Program-made: the position numbers and the translations under genes
From: Corynebacterium glutamicum ATCC 13032
Lineage (GTDB): Bacteria > Actinomycetota > Actinomycetes > Mycobacteriales > Mycobacteriaceae
Length of the DNA: 32,000 nt
Direction of reading: 5' to 3'
Assembly (NCBI RefSeq): GCF_000011325.1
Contig: NC_003450.3
Location: 2,040,001-2,072,000 of the forward strand
Part shown: in pieces, positions 17,106 through 26,522 of the stretch
How positions within the stretch are numbered: position 1 is the first letter of the stretch
Layout of the letters: each line of letters starts with the position of its first letter
The notes under the pieces: generated by a model
Databases searched by the model: none
Told to the model about the DNA's origin: nothing
Seen by the model: only the letters and a program-made list of their open reading frames with translations

Positions 17106-17116
17106 TGAACTAGAAC

Positions 17117-17788
17117 TTAAGCCTGCTCCCCTTGTGCATCCTGTTCACGCTCGCGGCGGCGGGCGATGCGGGCGCGACGATCGTCGACAAGCAAAGGATT
17201 ATCTTCTGGGTTGCTTTGCTGCTGCTCAAGAAGTGCGCGCTGGGTAGCTGCAACACCATCAAGGTCTGGGTTCTCGGCGCGCATTTCAGCGATCTCCATT
17301 TGGCGATCACTGCGGGCCAAAATCACCGAAGATAGACCCCACACAGCAAGGATCGCTGCAATCACAGCAAGCATCATGCCAATGTTGACGAAATTCACTT
17401 GGGTGCTGGTGGTTGTTTGGCGCATCCAGATGGCAAACACAGCGAACACAAGAGTGACGCAGGAGAAAATCCATGAAATCCACGCCATCCACGTGCGCTT
17501 AAACACGACAGTGCCCAAAGAAAGCAGGAATACACCGATGGTGCCCAACCAGTAGAAACCGTACTCACCAAGGGTAATGCCGGCATCCTCCGCGACATTC
17601 GACAGCGTCAGAACCTGCCAGCCCATCACTCCACGGATATGTGGGAGGACGAGTGCGATGGCGAAAAGCACGACTCCCGCGATGAGATACCACTTCTTAT
17701 CACCAAGTTCGAGAGTTTTTGCGGCTTGTTTCTCTAGTGCCGCAAGCTCTTTACCACTTAGCTTTTGATCACTCACGTTGTTGTTCAT
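17117..17788 (-). CDS. Conserved integral membrane protein (4 predicted TM helices, Arg/Glu-rich C-terminus)
   Basis: The TM segments are WYLIAGVVLFAIALVL, FYWLGTIGVFLLSLGTVVF, WISWIFSCVTLVFAVFAIW and IGMMLAVIAAILAVWGLSSVIL. The start is either ATG 17788 (MNNNVSDQK) or the TTG at 17848, 3 nt after the miaB stop. Confidence 0.7.
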   Translation of the reverse strand: MNNNVSDQKLSGKELAALEKQAAKTLELGDKKWYLIAGVVLFAIALVLPHIRGVMGWQVLTLSNVAEDAGITLGEYGFYWLGTIGVFLLSLGTVVFKRTWMAWISWIFSCVTLVFAVFAIWMRQTTTSTQVNFVNIGMMLAVIAAILAVWGLSSVILARSDRQMEIAEMRAENPDLDGVAATQRALLEQQQSNPEDNPLLVDDRRARIARRREREQDAQGEQA

Positions 17789-17851
17789 CTCCTCGTTGGC
17801 GCCGACTTTTTCATCGACTCCTAATCGACCCTCTATTCTAGCCTGCAATTT

Positions 17852-19432
17852 TTAGTTAATGGAGCAGCAGGCAGATTCTGTGGCAGGAGCCACCTTTGGT
17901 GCGCCGATTTGTGGCAGTCCCAAGCCCACACCGATCGGTGCTGTGGTTGGAACTTGACCAACTGCAGAGTTGTCACCAGCTTTGGTGCGGCGGTGGGTCT
18001 GCACACCGGAGTCTGCGATGAGGAAGAAAGGCTTGGCCTCAGTCACCGTGACAGTGACAAAATCGCCGGGGCGGATCTCACCATCAATGTCGCCCTCTGG
18101 CGCAAAGTGCACGAGGCGTCCATCGCGTGCGCGACCACTCATGCGCTTGGTGGCATCGTTCTTGCGGCCTCCGCCAGCCTGGACCAGCAATTCGACGGTG
18201 GTGCCGATGAGCTTTTGGTTTTCTTCTTCGCAGACTTGTTCCTGAACGACCATGAGGCGCTCGTAGCGTTCCTGCACAACTTCTTTTGGAAGCTGGTTTT
18301 CATATTCCGCTGCAGGGGTGCCAGGGCGTGGGCTGTATTGGAAGGTGTAAGCAGAAGTAAAGCGTGCCTTCTTGACAACGTCGAGGGTTGCTTGGAAATC
18401 CTCCTCTGTTTCGCCAGGGAATCCGACAATAATATCGGTGGTGATAGAGGCGTGAGGGATCTTCGCACGGACCTCATCCAAGATGGAGAGGAACTTCTTG
18501 GATCGGTAGGAACGGCGCATCTCTTTGAGCACCTTGTCAGATCCGGACTGCAGTGGCATGTGCAGCTGCGGGCAGATGTTTGGGGTCTCTGCCATGGCGT
18601 CAATGACATCAGAGGTGAATTCTGCAGGGTGAGGGCTGGTGAAGCGAACCCGCTCGAGGCCTTCGATCTCACCACAGGCACGAAGCAGCTTGGAAAATGC
18701 ACTGCGATCGCGCTCTAGCTCAGGATCAACAAAGTTCACGCCGTAAGCATTTACGTTTTGGCCAAGTAGAGTTACCTCGGTAACTCCCTGATCCACCAGT
18801 GCTTGTACCTCTGCGAGGATGTCTCCTGGTCGACGGTCCTGCTCTTTACCGCGCAGCGACGGAACGATGCAGAAAGTACAGGTGTTGTTACATCCGACTG
18901 ATACGGACACCCAACCAGCGTAAGCAGACTCGCGCTTTGCAGAAAGTACTGACGGGAACTGCTCGAGGGAATCGACAATTTCGACTTCCGCTTGGGCATT
19001 GTGCTCCGCGCGCTGAAGCAAGGTTGGCAAGGAACCAATGTTGTGGGTACCAAACACCACGTCCACCCACGGTGCTTTTTTCACCACGGTATCTTTGTCT
19101 TTTTGAGCCAAACAACCACCGACAGCGATTTGCATGCCTGGGTTCTTTTCTTTCACGCTGCGCAGGTTGCCCAAAGTGCCATAGAGGCGCATATCGGCGT
19201 TTTCACGCACGGCGCACGTATTAAATACGACAAGATCCGGAGTGGTGTCCTCCGGAGCAGCAACGTATCCAGCCTCCTCGAGCAGGCCCGAAAGGCGCTC
19301 AGAATCGTGCACATTCATCTGACAGCCGTAGGTTTTTACCTCGTAGGTGCGAACCTGCCCCTCTGCGGTTTCTGGGAGGGTGGCTTGACCGGGATGTTGA
19401 TTTACCTTTGCGTGGTTCAATTGCTGCGTCAC
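17852..19432 (-). CDS. miaB: tRNA-i6A37 methylthiotransferase (radical SAM, ms2i6A synthase)
   Basis: [18 protein letters not shown] is the UPF0004 N-terminal cluster motif and [13 protein letters not shown] is the radical-SAM CxxxCxxC. A C-terminal TRAM domain is present. The start is GTG. Confidence 0.95.
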   Translation of the reverse strand: MTQQLNHAKVNQHPGQATLPETAEGQVRTYEVKTYGCQMNVHDSERLSGLLEEAGYVAAPEDTTPDLVVFNTCAVRENADMRLYGTLGNLRSVKEKNPGMQIAVGGCLAQKDKDTVVKKAPWVDVVFGTHNIGSLPTLLQRAEHNAQAEVEIVDSLEQFPSVLSAKRESAYAGWVSVSVGCNNTCTFCIVPSLRGKEQDRRPGDILAEVQALVDQGVTEVTLLGQNVNAYGVNFVDPELERDRSAFSKLLRACGEIEGLERVRFTSPHPAEFTSDVIDAMAETPNICPQLHMPLQSGSDKVLKEMRRSYRSKKFLSILDEVRAKIPHASITTDIIVGFPGETEEDFQATLDVVKKARFTSAYTFQYSPRPGTPAAEYENQLPKEVVQERYERLMVVQEQVCEEENQKLIGTTVELLVQAGGGRKNDATKRMSGRARDGRLVHFAPEGDIDGEIRPGDFVTVTVTEAKPFFLIADSGVQTHRRTKAGDNSAVGQVPTTAPIGVGLGLPQIGAPKVAPATESACCSIN

Positions 19433-19585
19433 GGTTGCTCATTGTATCCCTGTTGCGCGAGCTGACATAAACGCCTATTTAGGACTCTGAACTAACAAGG
19501 CTCGTCTCCGACCTTGCCTTGAGAATTCCTAGGCTTAGCGAAGTTTAACTTGGCCACATTCGCACGCTTATTTAACACGCAATAT

Positions 19586-19599
19586 CTATCATGTGATAG
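19586..19599. promoter_or_regulatory. AmtR-type operator (CTAT-N6-ATAG) upstream of gluABCD
   Basis: The perfect 14-bp palindrome ctatcatgtgatag sits in the context aatatCTATcatgtgATAGgtaaa, ~150 bp upstream of gluA. It fits the published AmtR box tttCTAT-N6-AtAG. gluABCD is a reported AmtR regulon member (literature, from memory). Confidence 0.6.
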
Positions 19600-19749
19600 G
19601 TAAATTTCGGACAGGATCGGAGACTACCCCCAAACCTTGCCCCCTACCGACCTGCGAAAATGCTGGTAAATGTAGTGCTATTTGTTTCAAAATGGACTCA
19701 TTCACACAATTGCGAACATTCTCGGCACAAACTGCTTTAAGCTACCCTT

Positions 19750-20502
19750 ATGACGCAGACCACAGAATCCCCGATGATCAAGATGACGGGAGTGCAAAAA
19801 TACTTCGGCGACTTTCATGCCCTTACGGATATTGATCTTGAAATTCCCAGAGGACAAGTTGTCGTCGTACTTGGACCATCCGGATCCGGCAAGTCAACCC
19901 TTTGCCGCACGATCAACCGTCTCGAAACCATCGAGGAAGGCACCATCGAAATCGATGGAAAGGTTCTCCCAGAAGAAGGTAAAGGCTTAGCCAATCTCCG
20001 CGCCGATGTCGGAATGGTATTCCAGTCCTTCAACCTCTTCCCCCACCTCACCATCAAAGACAACGTCACTCTTGCACCCATCAAAGTGCGAAAGATGAAA
20101 AAGTCTGAAGCCGAAAAGCTTGCGATGAGCCTGTTGGAACGCGTCGGCATCGCAAACCAAGCTGATAAATATCCGGCGCAACTGTCCGGCGGTCAGCAAC
20201 AGCGTGTGGCCATCGCGCGCGCACTTGCGATGAACCCAAAGATCATGCTTTTCGACGAGCCCACCTCCGCCCTTGACCCTGAAATGGTCAACGAAGTGTT
20301 GGACGTCATGGCAAGCCTTGCCAAGGAAGGCATGACGATGGTGTGTGTTACCCACGAGATGGGATTCGCACGCAAAGCAGCCGATCGTGTGTTGTTCATG
20401 GCGGATGGGCTCATTGTGGAAGATACGGAACCAGATTCCTTCTTCACCAACCCTAAGTCTGATCGTGCAAAAGACTTCCTCGGCAAGATCCTTGCCCACT
20501 AG
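19750..20502 (+). CDS. gluA: Glutamate ABC transporter, ATP-binding protein
   Basis: Motifs are Walker [10 protein letters not shown], signature [15 protein letters not shown] and Walker [13 protein letters not shown]. An alternative start is the ATG at 19774 ([11 protein letters not shown]), and neither start has a clear SD. Confidence 0.93.
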   Translation: MTQTTESPMIKMTGVQKYFGDFHALTDIDLEIPRGQVVVVLGPSGSGKSTLCRTINRLETIEEGTIEIDGKVLPEEGKGLANLRADVGMVFQSFNLFPHLTIKDNVTLAPIKVRKMKKSEAEKLAMSLLERVGIANQADKYPAQLSGGQQQRVAIARALAMNPKIMLFDEPTSALDPEMVNEVLDVMASLAKEGMTMVCVTHEMGFARKAADRVLFMADGLIVEDTEPDSFFTNPKSDRAKDFLGKILAH

Positions 20503-20619
20503 TTTTCGGCTGCGCCTCTATCTTCAGAGTCACTTCTTTCAGTGTCATTTTTCTCGGCCCTAATCCCCCGCTGGAGTTCAATCAGCGATTGCAACCTTTT
20601 AGATATATAAGGAGACAAC

Positions 20620-21507
20620 ATGTCTGCAAAGCGTACTTTTACCCGTATCGGTGCGATTCTTGGAGCAACTGCACTTGCCGGAGTTACCCTCACCGCCTGT
20701 GGTGATTCAAGCGGTGGCGACGGATTCCTCGCAGCCATTGAAAATGGTTCTGTCAATGTCGGCACCAAATACGATCAGCCTGGTCTTGGCCTCCGCAACC
20801 CAGACAACTCCATGAGCGGTCTCGACGTGGATGTTGCTGAATACGTAGTCAACTCCATCGCTGATGACAAGGGCTGGGATCACCCCACCATCGAATGGCG
20901 TGAATCCCCTTCTGCGCAGCGTGAAACCCTCATTCAAAACGGTGAGGTAGACATGATCGCAGCAACCTACTCCATCAACGCTGGCCGTTCAGAGTCCGTC
21001 AACTTCGGTGGCCCATACCTGCTTACCCACCAGGCTCTGCTTGTTCGCCAAGATGACGATCGCATTGAAACCCTCGAGGACTTGGATAACGGTTTGATCC
21101 TGTGCTCCGTTTCCGGATCCACTCCAGCTCAGAAGGTCAAGGATGTCCTCCCAGGCGTTCAGCTCCAAGAATACGACACCTACTCTTCCTGTGTTGAGGC
21201 ACTGTCCCAGGGCAACGTTGACGCCCTGACCACTGACGCCACCATCCTCTTCGGCTACTCCCAGCAGTACGAAGGCGACTTCCGCGTTGTGGAAATGGAA
21301 AAGGACGGCGAGCCATTCACCGACGAGTACTACGGCATTGGCCTGAAGAAGGATGACCAGGAAGGCACCGACGCTATCAACGCCGCACTTGAGCGCATGT
21401 ACGCTGACGGCACCTTCCAGCGACTGCTCACCGAGAACCTCGGTGAAGACTCCGTGGTTGTTGAAGAAGGCACCCCAGGTGACCTCTCCTTCCTCGACGC
21501 AAGCTAG
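20620..21507 (+). CDS. gluB: Glutamate-binding lipoprotein of the ABC transporter
   Basis: The signal peptide ends in the lipobox LTAC (MSAKRTFTRIGAILGATALAGVTLTACGD). The body is a family-3 solute-binding fold. The SD taaggag lies 6 nt upstream. Confidence 0.93.
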   Translation: MSAKRTFTRIGAILGATALAGVTLTACGDSSGGDGFLAAIENGSVNVGTKYDQPGLGLRNPDNSMSGLDVDVAEYVVNSIADDKGWDHPTIEWRESPSAQRETLIQNGEVDMIAATYSINAGRSESVNFGGPYLLTHQALLVRQDDDRIETLEDLDNGLILCSVSGSTPAQKVKDVLPGVQLQEYDTYSSCVEALSQGNVDALTTDATILFGYSQQYEGDFRVVEMEKDGEPFTDEYYGIGLKKDDQEGTDAINAALERMYADGTFQRLLTENLGEDSVVVEEGTPGDLSFLDAS

Positions 21508-21540
21508 TGTGACGGCTTTTAAAAGCCAGCTTTAAGAAAT

Positions 21541-21576
21541 GTGCGTGGCGCTTAAAACCCCGAAAGCGCCACGCAC
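21541..21576 (+). other. Perfect 12-bp intercistronic stem-loop between gluB and gluC
   Basis: gtgcgtggcgct (21541-21552) and agcgccacgcac (21565-21576) pair around a 12-nt loop, with no U tract after. The palindrome ggcttttaaaagcc (21514-21527) precedes it. Confidence 0.75.
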
Positions 21577-21628
21577 AACCCATTTAAGTTCATGATTTAT
21601 TTCCATCCTTAACAAGGAGCACCACCAC

Positions 21629-22315
21629 ATGAGCACTTTGTGGGCGGATCTGGGTCCGTCTCTACTTCCAGCTTTTTGGGTGACCATCAAACTCACCATT
21701 TATTCCGCCATCGGCGCCATGATTTTCGGAACCATCCTCACCACAATGAGGGTCTCGCCCGTTAAAATCCTCCGCACGTTGTCCACGGCGTACATCAACA
21801 CAGTCCGAAATACCCCACTTACTCTTGTGGTGCTGTTTTGCTCCTTTGGCCTTTACCAAAACCTCGGGTTGACTTTGGCGGGCCGTGAAAGCTCCACATT
21901 CTTGGTGGATAATAACTTCCGCTTGGCCGTACTTGGCTTCATTTTGTACACCTCAACCTTCGTTGCCGAGTCCCTGCGTTCGGGTATTAACACCGTGCAC
22001 TTTGGGCAAGCAGAAGCTGCGCGTTCCCTAGGACTGGGCTTTGGCGCGACTTTCCGTTCCATTATTTTCCCGCAGGCTGTGCGCGCCGCGATCGTCCCTT
22101 TGGGCAACACACTGATCGCACTGACTAAGAACACCACCATCGCCTCTGTCATTGGAGTTGGCGAAGCCTCCCTGCTGATGAAAGCCACCATCGAAAATCA
22201 CGCCAACATGCTATTTGTCGTGTTCGCGATCTTCGCCGTTGGCTTCATGATTCTGACCCTGCCTATGGGCCTTGGCTTGGGCAAACTCTCTGAGCGTTTG
22301 GCGGTGAAGAAGTAA
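21629..22315 (+). CDS. gluC: Glutamate ABC transporter permease
   Basis: This is a polar-amino-acid permease (HisM/Q-type) with the EAA-like loop [23 protein letters not shown]. The SD aaggag lies upstream. Confidence 0.93.
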   Translation: MSTLWADLGPSLLPAFWVTIKLTIYSAIGAMIFGTILTTMRVSPVKILRTLSTAYINTVRNTPLTLVVLFCSFGLYQNLGLTLAGRESSTFLVDNNFRLAVLGFILYTSTFVAESLRSGINTVHFGQAEAARSLGLGFGATFRSIIFPQAVRAAIVPLGNTLIALTKNTTIASVIGVGEASLLMKATIENHANMLFVVFAIFAVGFMILTLPMGLGLGKLSERLAVKK

Positions 22316-23262
22316 TGGCTAATACAGTTCGCGCAACAGTCCTCTACGATGCTCCTGGACCAAAGGGCCGTCGATTCAACCTCATAATCACCATTCTCAC
22401 GGTGGTTCTGGGATTGGCGCTCCTCTTCTGGATTGGCTCCATGCTTTCAGGCAACGGCCAACTCGATGCCAACAAATGGACTCCGTTCATCAATTCCCAA
22501 ACCTGGACCACCTACATTCTTCCTGGTTTGTGGGGCACGCTGAAATCTGCCGTGTTCTCGGTGATCTTGGCTCTGGTCATGGGTACCGCACTGGGTCTTG
22601 GCCGTATCTCTGAAATCAGGATTCTCCGCTGGTTCTGCGCCGTCATCATCGAGACTTTCCGAGCCATTCCGGTTCTGATCCTCATGATTTTCGCCTACCA
22701 GATGTTCGCCCAGTACAACATCGTGCCGTCGAGCCAGCTCGCGTTCGCCGCCGTGGTATTCGGTCTGACCATGTACAACGGTTCTGTGATCGCAGAGATT
22801 CTGCGTTCTGGTATCGCTTCCCTGCCTAAGGGGCAGAAGGAAGCAGCGATTGCGTTGGGTATGTCTTCTAGGCAAACCACCTGGTCAATCTTGTTGCCTC
22901 AGGCCGTGGCTGCAATGCTCCCAGCGTTGATCTCTCAGATGGTTATTGCACTGAAGGACTCCGCACTTGGTTACCAGATCGGCTACATTGAAGTGGTTCG
23001 TTCCGGTATTCAGTCCGCGTCTGTCAACCGCAACTACCTTGCAGCGCTGTTTGTTGTTGCGCTGATCATGATTGTTCTGAACTTCTCCCTCACCGCTCTG
23101 GCTTCTCGCATCGAGCGCCAGTTGCGTGCAGGTAGGGCTCGTAAGAACATTGTTGCCAAGGTCCCTGAGCAGCCAGATCAAGGTCTGGAGACCAAGGACA
23201 ATGTCAATGTCGACTGGCAGGATCCTGATTATAAGGATCTGAAAACCCCTGGAGTTCAGTAA
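22315..23262 (+). CDS. gluD: Glutamate ABC transporter permease
   Basis: The EAA loop is [24 protein letters not shown]. The start overlaps the gluC stop (TAATG). A shorter form starting at MLSGNGQ is possible, but the long form adds a plausible TM helix. Confidence 0.9.
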   Translation: MANTVRATVLYDAPGPKGRRFNLIITILTVVLGLALLFWIGSMLSGNGQLDANKWTPFINSQTWTTYILPGLWGTLKSAVFSVILALVMGTALGLGRISEIRILRWFCAVIIETFRAIPVLILMIFAYQMFAQYNIVPSSQLAFAAVVFGLTMYNGSVIAEILRSGIASLPKGQKEAAIALGMSSRQTTWSILLPQAVAAMLPALISQMVIALKDSALGYQIGYIEVVRSGIQSASVNRNYLAALFVVALIMIVLNFSLTALASRIERQLRAGRARKNIVAKVPEQPDQGLETKDNVNVDWQDPDYKDLKTPGVQ

Positions 23263-23269
23263 CTCCCTT

Positions 23270-23303
23270 ACCCCGGATGATTCCCATCCGGGGTTTAGTT
23301 TTT
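23270..23303 (+). terminator. Terminator of gluABCD, abutting the recX stop
   Basis: accccggatg (23270-23279) and catccggggt (23285-23294) form a perfect 10-bp stem with a 5-nt loop. The tail is ttagttttt. Confidence 0.85.
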
Positions 23304-23942
23304 CAAATCCTCGATTCGCGCGTCTAGCGCTTCCCGCGCAAGGTCCATGGACATTCCAGCCGGAAATCCCCGCCGTGCCAGCGCACCAACCACGCGCCGA
23401 AGCGCTTTGTCGTAGTCGGCGCGGTCCTGCGGAATCTTGGTCTCTGAGCGCGCCTTTTTCACGGCCACCGCCCGCGCCGTGTCCCGCTCATCGGCCTGGT
23501 CGATTTGCTCAAGCGCCGCAGCACGCGTTTGCTTGTCGACGCCTTTTTCCTGCAGTTCGCGGTCCAGCGCACGCGAAGATTTTCCTCGCCTGGCAGCACG
23601 TTGCCGAACCCACTCAGTGGCAAAAACTTCATCATCAAGCAGTTTGGATCTGGTGAGATCGCCAATGACCTCATTGATGATGTCTTCCTCAAACTCCAGT
23701 GCTTTAAGTCTGGTGCTTAGTTCGTTGACTGATCGTGCGCGTTGGTTAAGCAGCAGCAGGGCACGTCTGCGTACGTTGGCTTTCTTTTCTTCTTTTTCAT
23801 GGTCAAAGAAGTCTGATTCGCCTCGCGCATGAGCGCGTTCAAAGTTGTCGAGTGCTTTTCTGAGCTTTTCAATCTTTTCGGCTTGGATATCCATCGCGTT
23901 GTTGCCCTTCGTTGACGAAAAAGCAGGAACAAGCCACATCAT
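23295..23942 (-). CDS. recX: RecA regulator RecX
   Basis: The gene lies immediately downstream of recA. Three-helix repeats are rich in R/A/E ([63 protein letters not shown]). An alternative start is the ATG at 23894 ([11 protein letters not shown]). Confidence 0.88.
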
Positions 23943-23985
23943 GGTTTAAGTGTGTGGATTGTCCCTGCTTTGTTAAAACTGGTGC

Positions 23986-25116
23986 TTAGTCTTCAGCGTC
24001 TGCTTCGGTGTCGGCTTCATCATCGAAGTCAACGTTAGGCACGAGCTCTACTGGATCGTCGGTGAGTTCATCTGAGGCTGCAGCGTACTTGCCTACTCCC
24101 AGCTTCTTGAAGATCTTATCTTCCAGCTCATCGGTGAGTTCAGGGTTCTCCTTGAGGGAAAGACGCACCTTTTCCTTACCTTGACCAAGCTGTTCGCCCT
24201 CGTAGGTGAACCAGGAACCTGACTTCTTCACAATGCCGTTGTCCACTGCCAAGTCAATGACGGAGGATTCACGGGAGATGCCTTCGCCGTACATGATGTC
24301 GAATTCAGCGATCTTGAACGGTGGGGAGACCTTGTTCTTAACGACCTTCAAGCGGGTGCGGTTACCAATGGCATCCTGTCCGTCCTTCAGAGTCTGGATT
24401 CGTCGAATGTCACAACGAACAGATGCGTAGAACTTCAGGGCCTTACCACCGGTGGTGGTTTCTGGGGAACCGAACATCACACCGATCTTTTCACGCAGCT
24501 GGTTAATGAAGATCGCGGTGGTACCCGAGTTGTACAGCGCACCTGTCATCTTACGAAGCGCCTGGCTCATGAGGCGGGCCTGAAGACCAACGTGGCTATC
24601 GCCCATTTCGCCTTCAATTTCAGCCTTTGGTGTCAGCGCAGCCACCGAGTCAATCACGATGATGTCGATTGCGCCGGAACGAACCAGCATGTCGGCGATT
24701 TCTAGTGCTTGCTCACCAGTGTCTGGCTGCGAAACCAGAAGCGCATCAGTATCTACACCAAGCTTGCGAGCATAATCTGGATCCAACGCGTGCTCGGCGT
24801 CAATGAATGCAGCGATGCCGCCGGCCTTTTGTGCCTGCGCAATTGCGTGCAGTGCAACGGTGGTTTTACCTGATGATTCTGGGCCATACACCTCAACGAT
24901 TCGACCACGTGGGAATCCACCGATACCCAAGGCAATATCAATCGCGGTGTTACCAGATGAGATGGTCTGGATTGGCGGACGATTCTCATCACCCAGACGC
25001 ATGACAGCGCCTTTACCGAAATCCTTCTCAATCAGGGCTAGTGCGGCATCAAGTGCCTTCTGACGATCATTCCCCTTGGCGGCAGTTGCCTTTGTTGCTG
25101 TCTTCTTGGGAGCCAT
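23986..25116 (-). CDS. recA: Recombinase RecA
   Basis: Diagnostic sequences are [23 protein letters not shown], Walker [20 protein letters not shown] and an acidic C-terminal tail. No intein is present. Confidence 0.98.
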   Translation of the reverse strand: MAPKKTATKATAAKGNDRQKALDAALALIEKDFGKGAVMRLGDENRPPIQTISSGNTAIDIALGIGGFPRGRIVEVYGPESSGKTTVALHAIAQAQKAGGIAAFIDAEHALDPDYARKLGVDTDALLVSQPDTGEQALEIADMLVRSGAIDIIVIDSVAALTPKAEIEGEMGDSHVGLQARLMSQALRKMTGALYNSGTTAIFINQLREKIGVMFGSPETTTGGKALKFYASVRCDIRRIQTLKDGQDAIGNRTRLKVVKNKVSPPFKIAEFDIMYGEGISRESSVIDLAVDNGIVKKSGSWFTYEGEQLGQGKEKVRLSLKENPELTDELEDKIFKKLGVGKYAAASDELTDDPVELVPNVDFDDEADTEADAED

Positions 25117-25340
25117 TTTTAATTCCTCTTAGTTTTATTGACGTTGATGTGGACGAAAATTCCTACGGTTGCATCACTTCAGCACTGACTAAAACAGCAC
25201 TGCAGCAGTGACCCCTACTTACTTAGACTTGAAGTTCAAGGATTTGGATCCCGACTTCACTGTGTTTTCATCTGTTCTTTTGTTTATGCCCGTTACTGTA
25301 GATGAACCCTAGGACACAACGTGCTCAAAAAACAGTATAC

Positions 25341-25356
25341 ACGCACAACTGTTCGA
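25341..25356. promoter_or_regulatory. LexA SOS box upstream of recA
   Basis: aCGcACAacTGTTCGA matches 14/16 positions of the published C. glutamicum consensus TcGAA(a/c)AnnTGTtCGA. On the minus strand it is directly followed by a -10-like TATACT (25339-25334). The adjacent direct repeat is ttcgaa-a-ttcgaa (25352-25364). Confidence 0.7.
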
Positions 25357-25390
25357 AATTCGAATTTTCATGCGAACCCCCTCGAACAAG

Positions 25391-25606
25391 CTAGAACCCT
25401 GGTTCATCTTTACCAAGTCGTCGCTCTTCGGGAACACTGAAATCAATGCACAGTTGTTCCCATACATCGCGCAGATCAACCCCGGTATCTACTGCAACAT
25501 CTGCAGTGACGCCGAGGGCACCAATCACATGCGAGTGTGCAATCCACTCCCCTTTGGCTTCTCCGAATTCATCTTCAATGAGTTGCCGAAACTCCGATAA
25601 ACGCAT
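25391..25606 (-). CDS. DUF3046 small protein conserved upstream of recA in actinobacteria
   Basis: The product is MRLSEFRQLIEDEFGEAKGEWIAHSHVIGALGVTADVAVDTGVDLRDVWEQLCIDFSVPEERRLGKDE. Size (~71 aa), sequence style and position match the Rv2738c-type family (memory). The ATG at 25606 is preferred to the track start at 25627. Confidence 0.75.
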   Translation of the reverse strand: MRLSEFRQLIEDEFGEAKGEWIAHSHVIGALGVTADVAVDTGVDLRDVWEQLCIDFSVPEERRLGKDEPGF

Positions 25607-25663
25607 GGGGACGATAATACAGCGCAAGCACAGAAGTTACGTGTCCAATCTCCGACAGCGACC

Positions 25664-26404
25664 CTAAGAAGGGTCCCCGTCATGACCGTCTTCCAGGGCG
25701 GATGAATCCACACGCGTTAGTTCACCGACGTCATTTCTCTCAAACTCATGAAAACTAGTTTCCCCCGAAAAAAGTACATGGACGGAGGATACTACCGTTT
25801 CTTTAAACATCGTGTGTTCTTCGACGTACTGGCAATAATACAAAGCGCAATCGGTTTCAAGGTCAACAAAAAGACCCCAACCAGCATCCTCATCTGTGAG
25901 ATCTTGAGTAATCTTCAGGTACCGAAGATTATGCATGGTCATCGAAAATCCATTTGGAGGTGGCGGAGAGTAAAGCTCGTGCATTACAAAGTCCTTCCAC
26001 ATCACCATCAAGCCAGGAGCACCTCTCGGACGAATAATGAACTGATCTGATTCAAACCAGCCTTCAGAAGTGAGTTTGGGAGTATCGAAGGATTCTCTCG
26101 ATTCACCATTGGCATAGGTTGTGACCTTGTGCTGTGCACCTGTCTGTGGATTACATCGAAAACTAAACCTAGTAGATTCTTCTCCAAAGTCTTCAACAGA
26201 ACCCGAAATGCGATACTCCAACTTCGGCTTTCCACTCCTGAGCTTCATGCATATTCCCAGAACCTCATCCCGCGTGACTGGCGATTCGTCCACATCACAG
26301 CGAATGTTGGCTGCTACCCATTTTCCCACTGGATCAAAATTCATATTTCTTGCCGATCGTTTATAAGATTTAAGTAAATTCACAAAGATACTCCACTGAC
26401 ACAT
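25664..26404 (-). CDS. Orphan hypothetical protein in an AT-rich segment
   Basis: The 246-aa ORF (226 aa from the ATG at 26344, MNFDPVGKW...) has no TM segments or motifs I recognise. It is the only long ORF in this segment on either strand. Local G+C is clearly lower than in the neighbours. Confidence 0.6.
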   Translation of the reverse strand: MCQWSIFVNLLKSYKRSARNMNFDPVGKWVAANIRCDVDESPVTRDEVLGICMKLRSGKPKLEYRISGSVEDFGEESTRFSFRCNPQTGAQHKVTTYANGESRESFDTPKLTSEGWFESDQFIIRPRGAPGLMVMWKDFVMHELYSPPPPNGFSMTMHNLRYLKITQDLTDEDAGWGLFVDLETDCALYYCQYVEEHTMFKETVVSSVHVLFSGETSFHEFERNDVGELTRVDSSALEDGHDGDPS

Positions 26405-26477
26405 CTGCCATATGCAACAATATCTACATATCTGACAGTTGGATCCAGTTGAGAAATTTCAGCCCCCATCCCCCACA

Positions 26478-26490
26478 TGAACGCTGTTCA
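26478..26490. promoter_or_regulatory. TGAAC-N3-GTTCA palindrome 1 (BioQ-type operator) upstream of bioY
   Basis: tgaacgctgttca is a perfect 13-bp palindrome lying 49 bp upstream of the bioY ATG. Confidence 0.6.
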
Positions 26491-26509
26491 AAACATCCAG
26501 CTTGCTTGT

Positions 26510-26522
26510 TGAACACTGTTCA
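26510..26522. promoter_or_regulatory. TGAAC-N3-GTTCA palindrome 2 (BioQ-type operator) upstream of bioY
   Basis: tgaacactgttca is a perfect 13-bp palindrome. It is 32 bp centre-to-centre from palindrome 1 and 17 bp upstream of the bioY ATG. Confidence 0.6.

Noticed and set aside
16981-17247. An 88-aa plus-strand ORF in the convergent gap.
   Set aside because: It has no SD and runs through the minus-strand terminator into the antisense of the membrane-protein gene. Its composition is basic and low-complexity.
19593-19835. An 80-aa ORF overlapping the gluA promoter and start.
   Set aside because: It begins inside the AmtR-type palindrome, is out of frame with gluA, and has no SD or recognisable features.
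25117-25330. Search for a mycobacterial RecA-NDp/PafBC-type promoter motif (tTGTCRgtg-N8-TAnnnT) in the recA leader.
   Set aside because: The closest minus-strand match (aGTCAGTG, complement of 25184-25191) is not followed by a TAnnnT hexamer at the right spacing, so the evidence is insufficient.
25361-25376. A second SOS-box candidate, tcgaattttcatgcga, next to the main LexA box.
   Set aside because: Only the outer TCGAA/CGA positions match the 16-bp consensus and the central TGT is missing. It is probably just part of the ttcgaa repeat.
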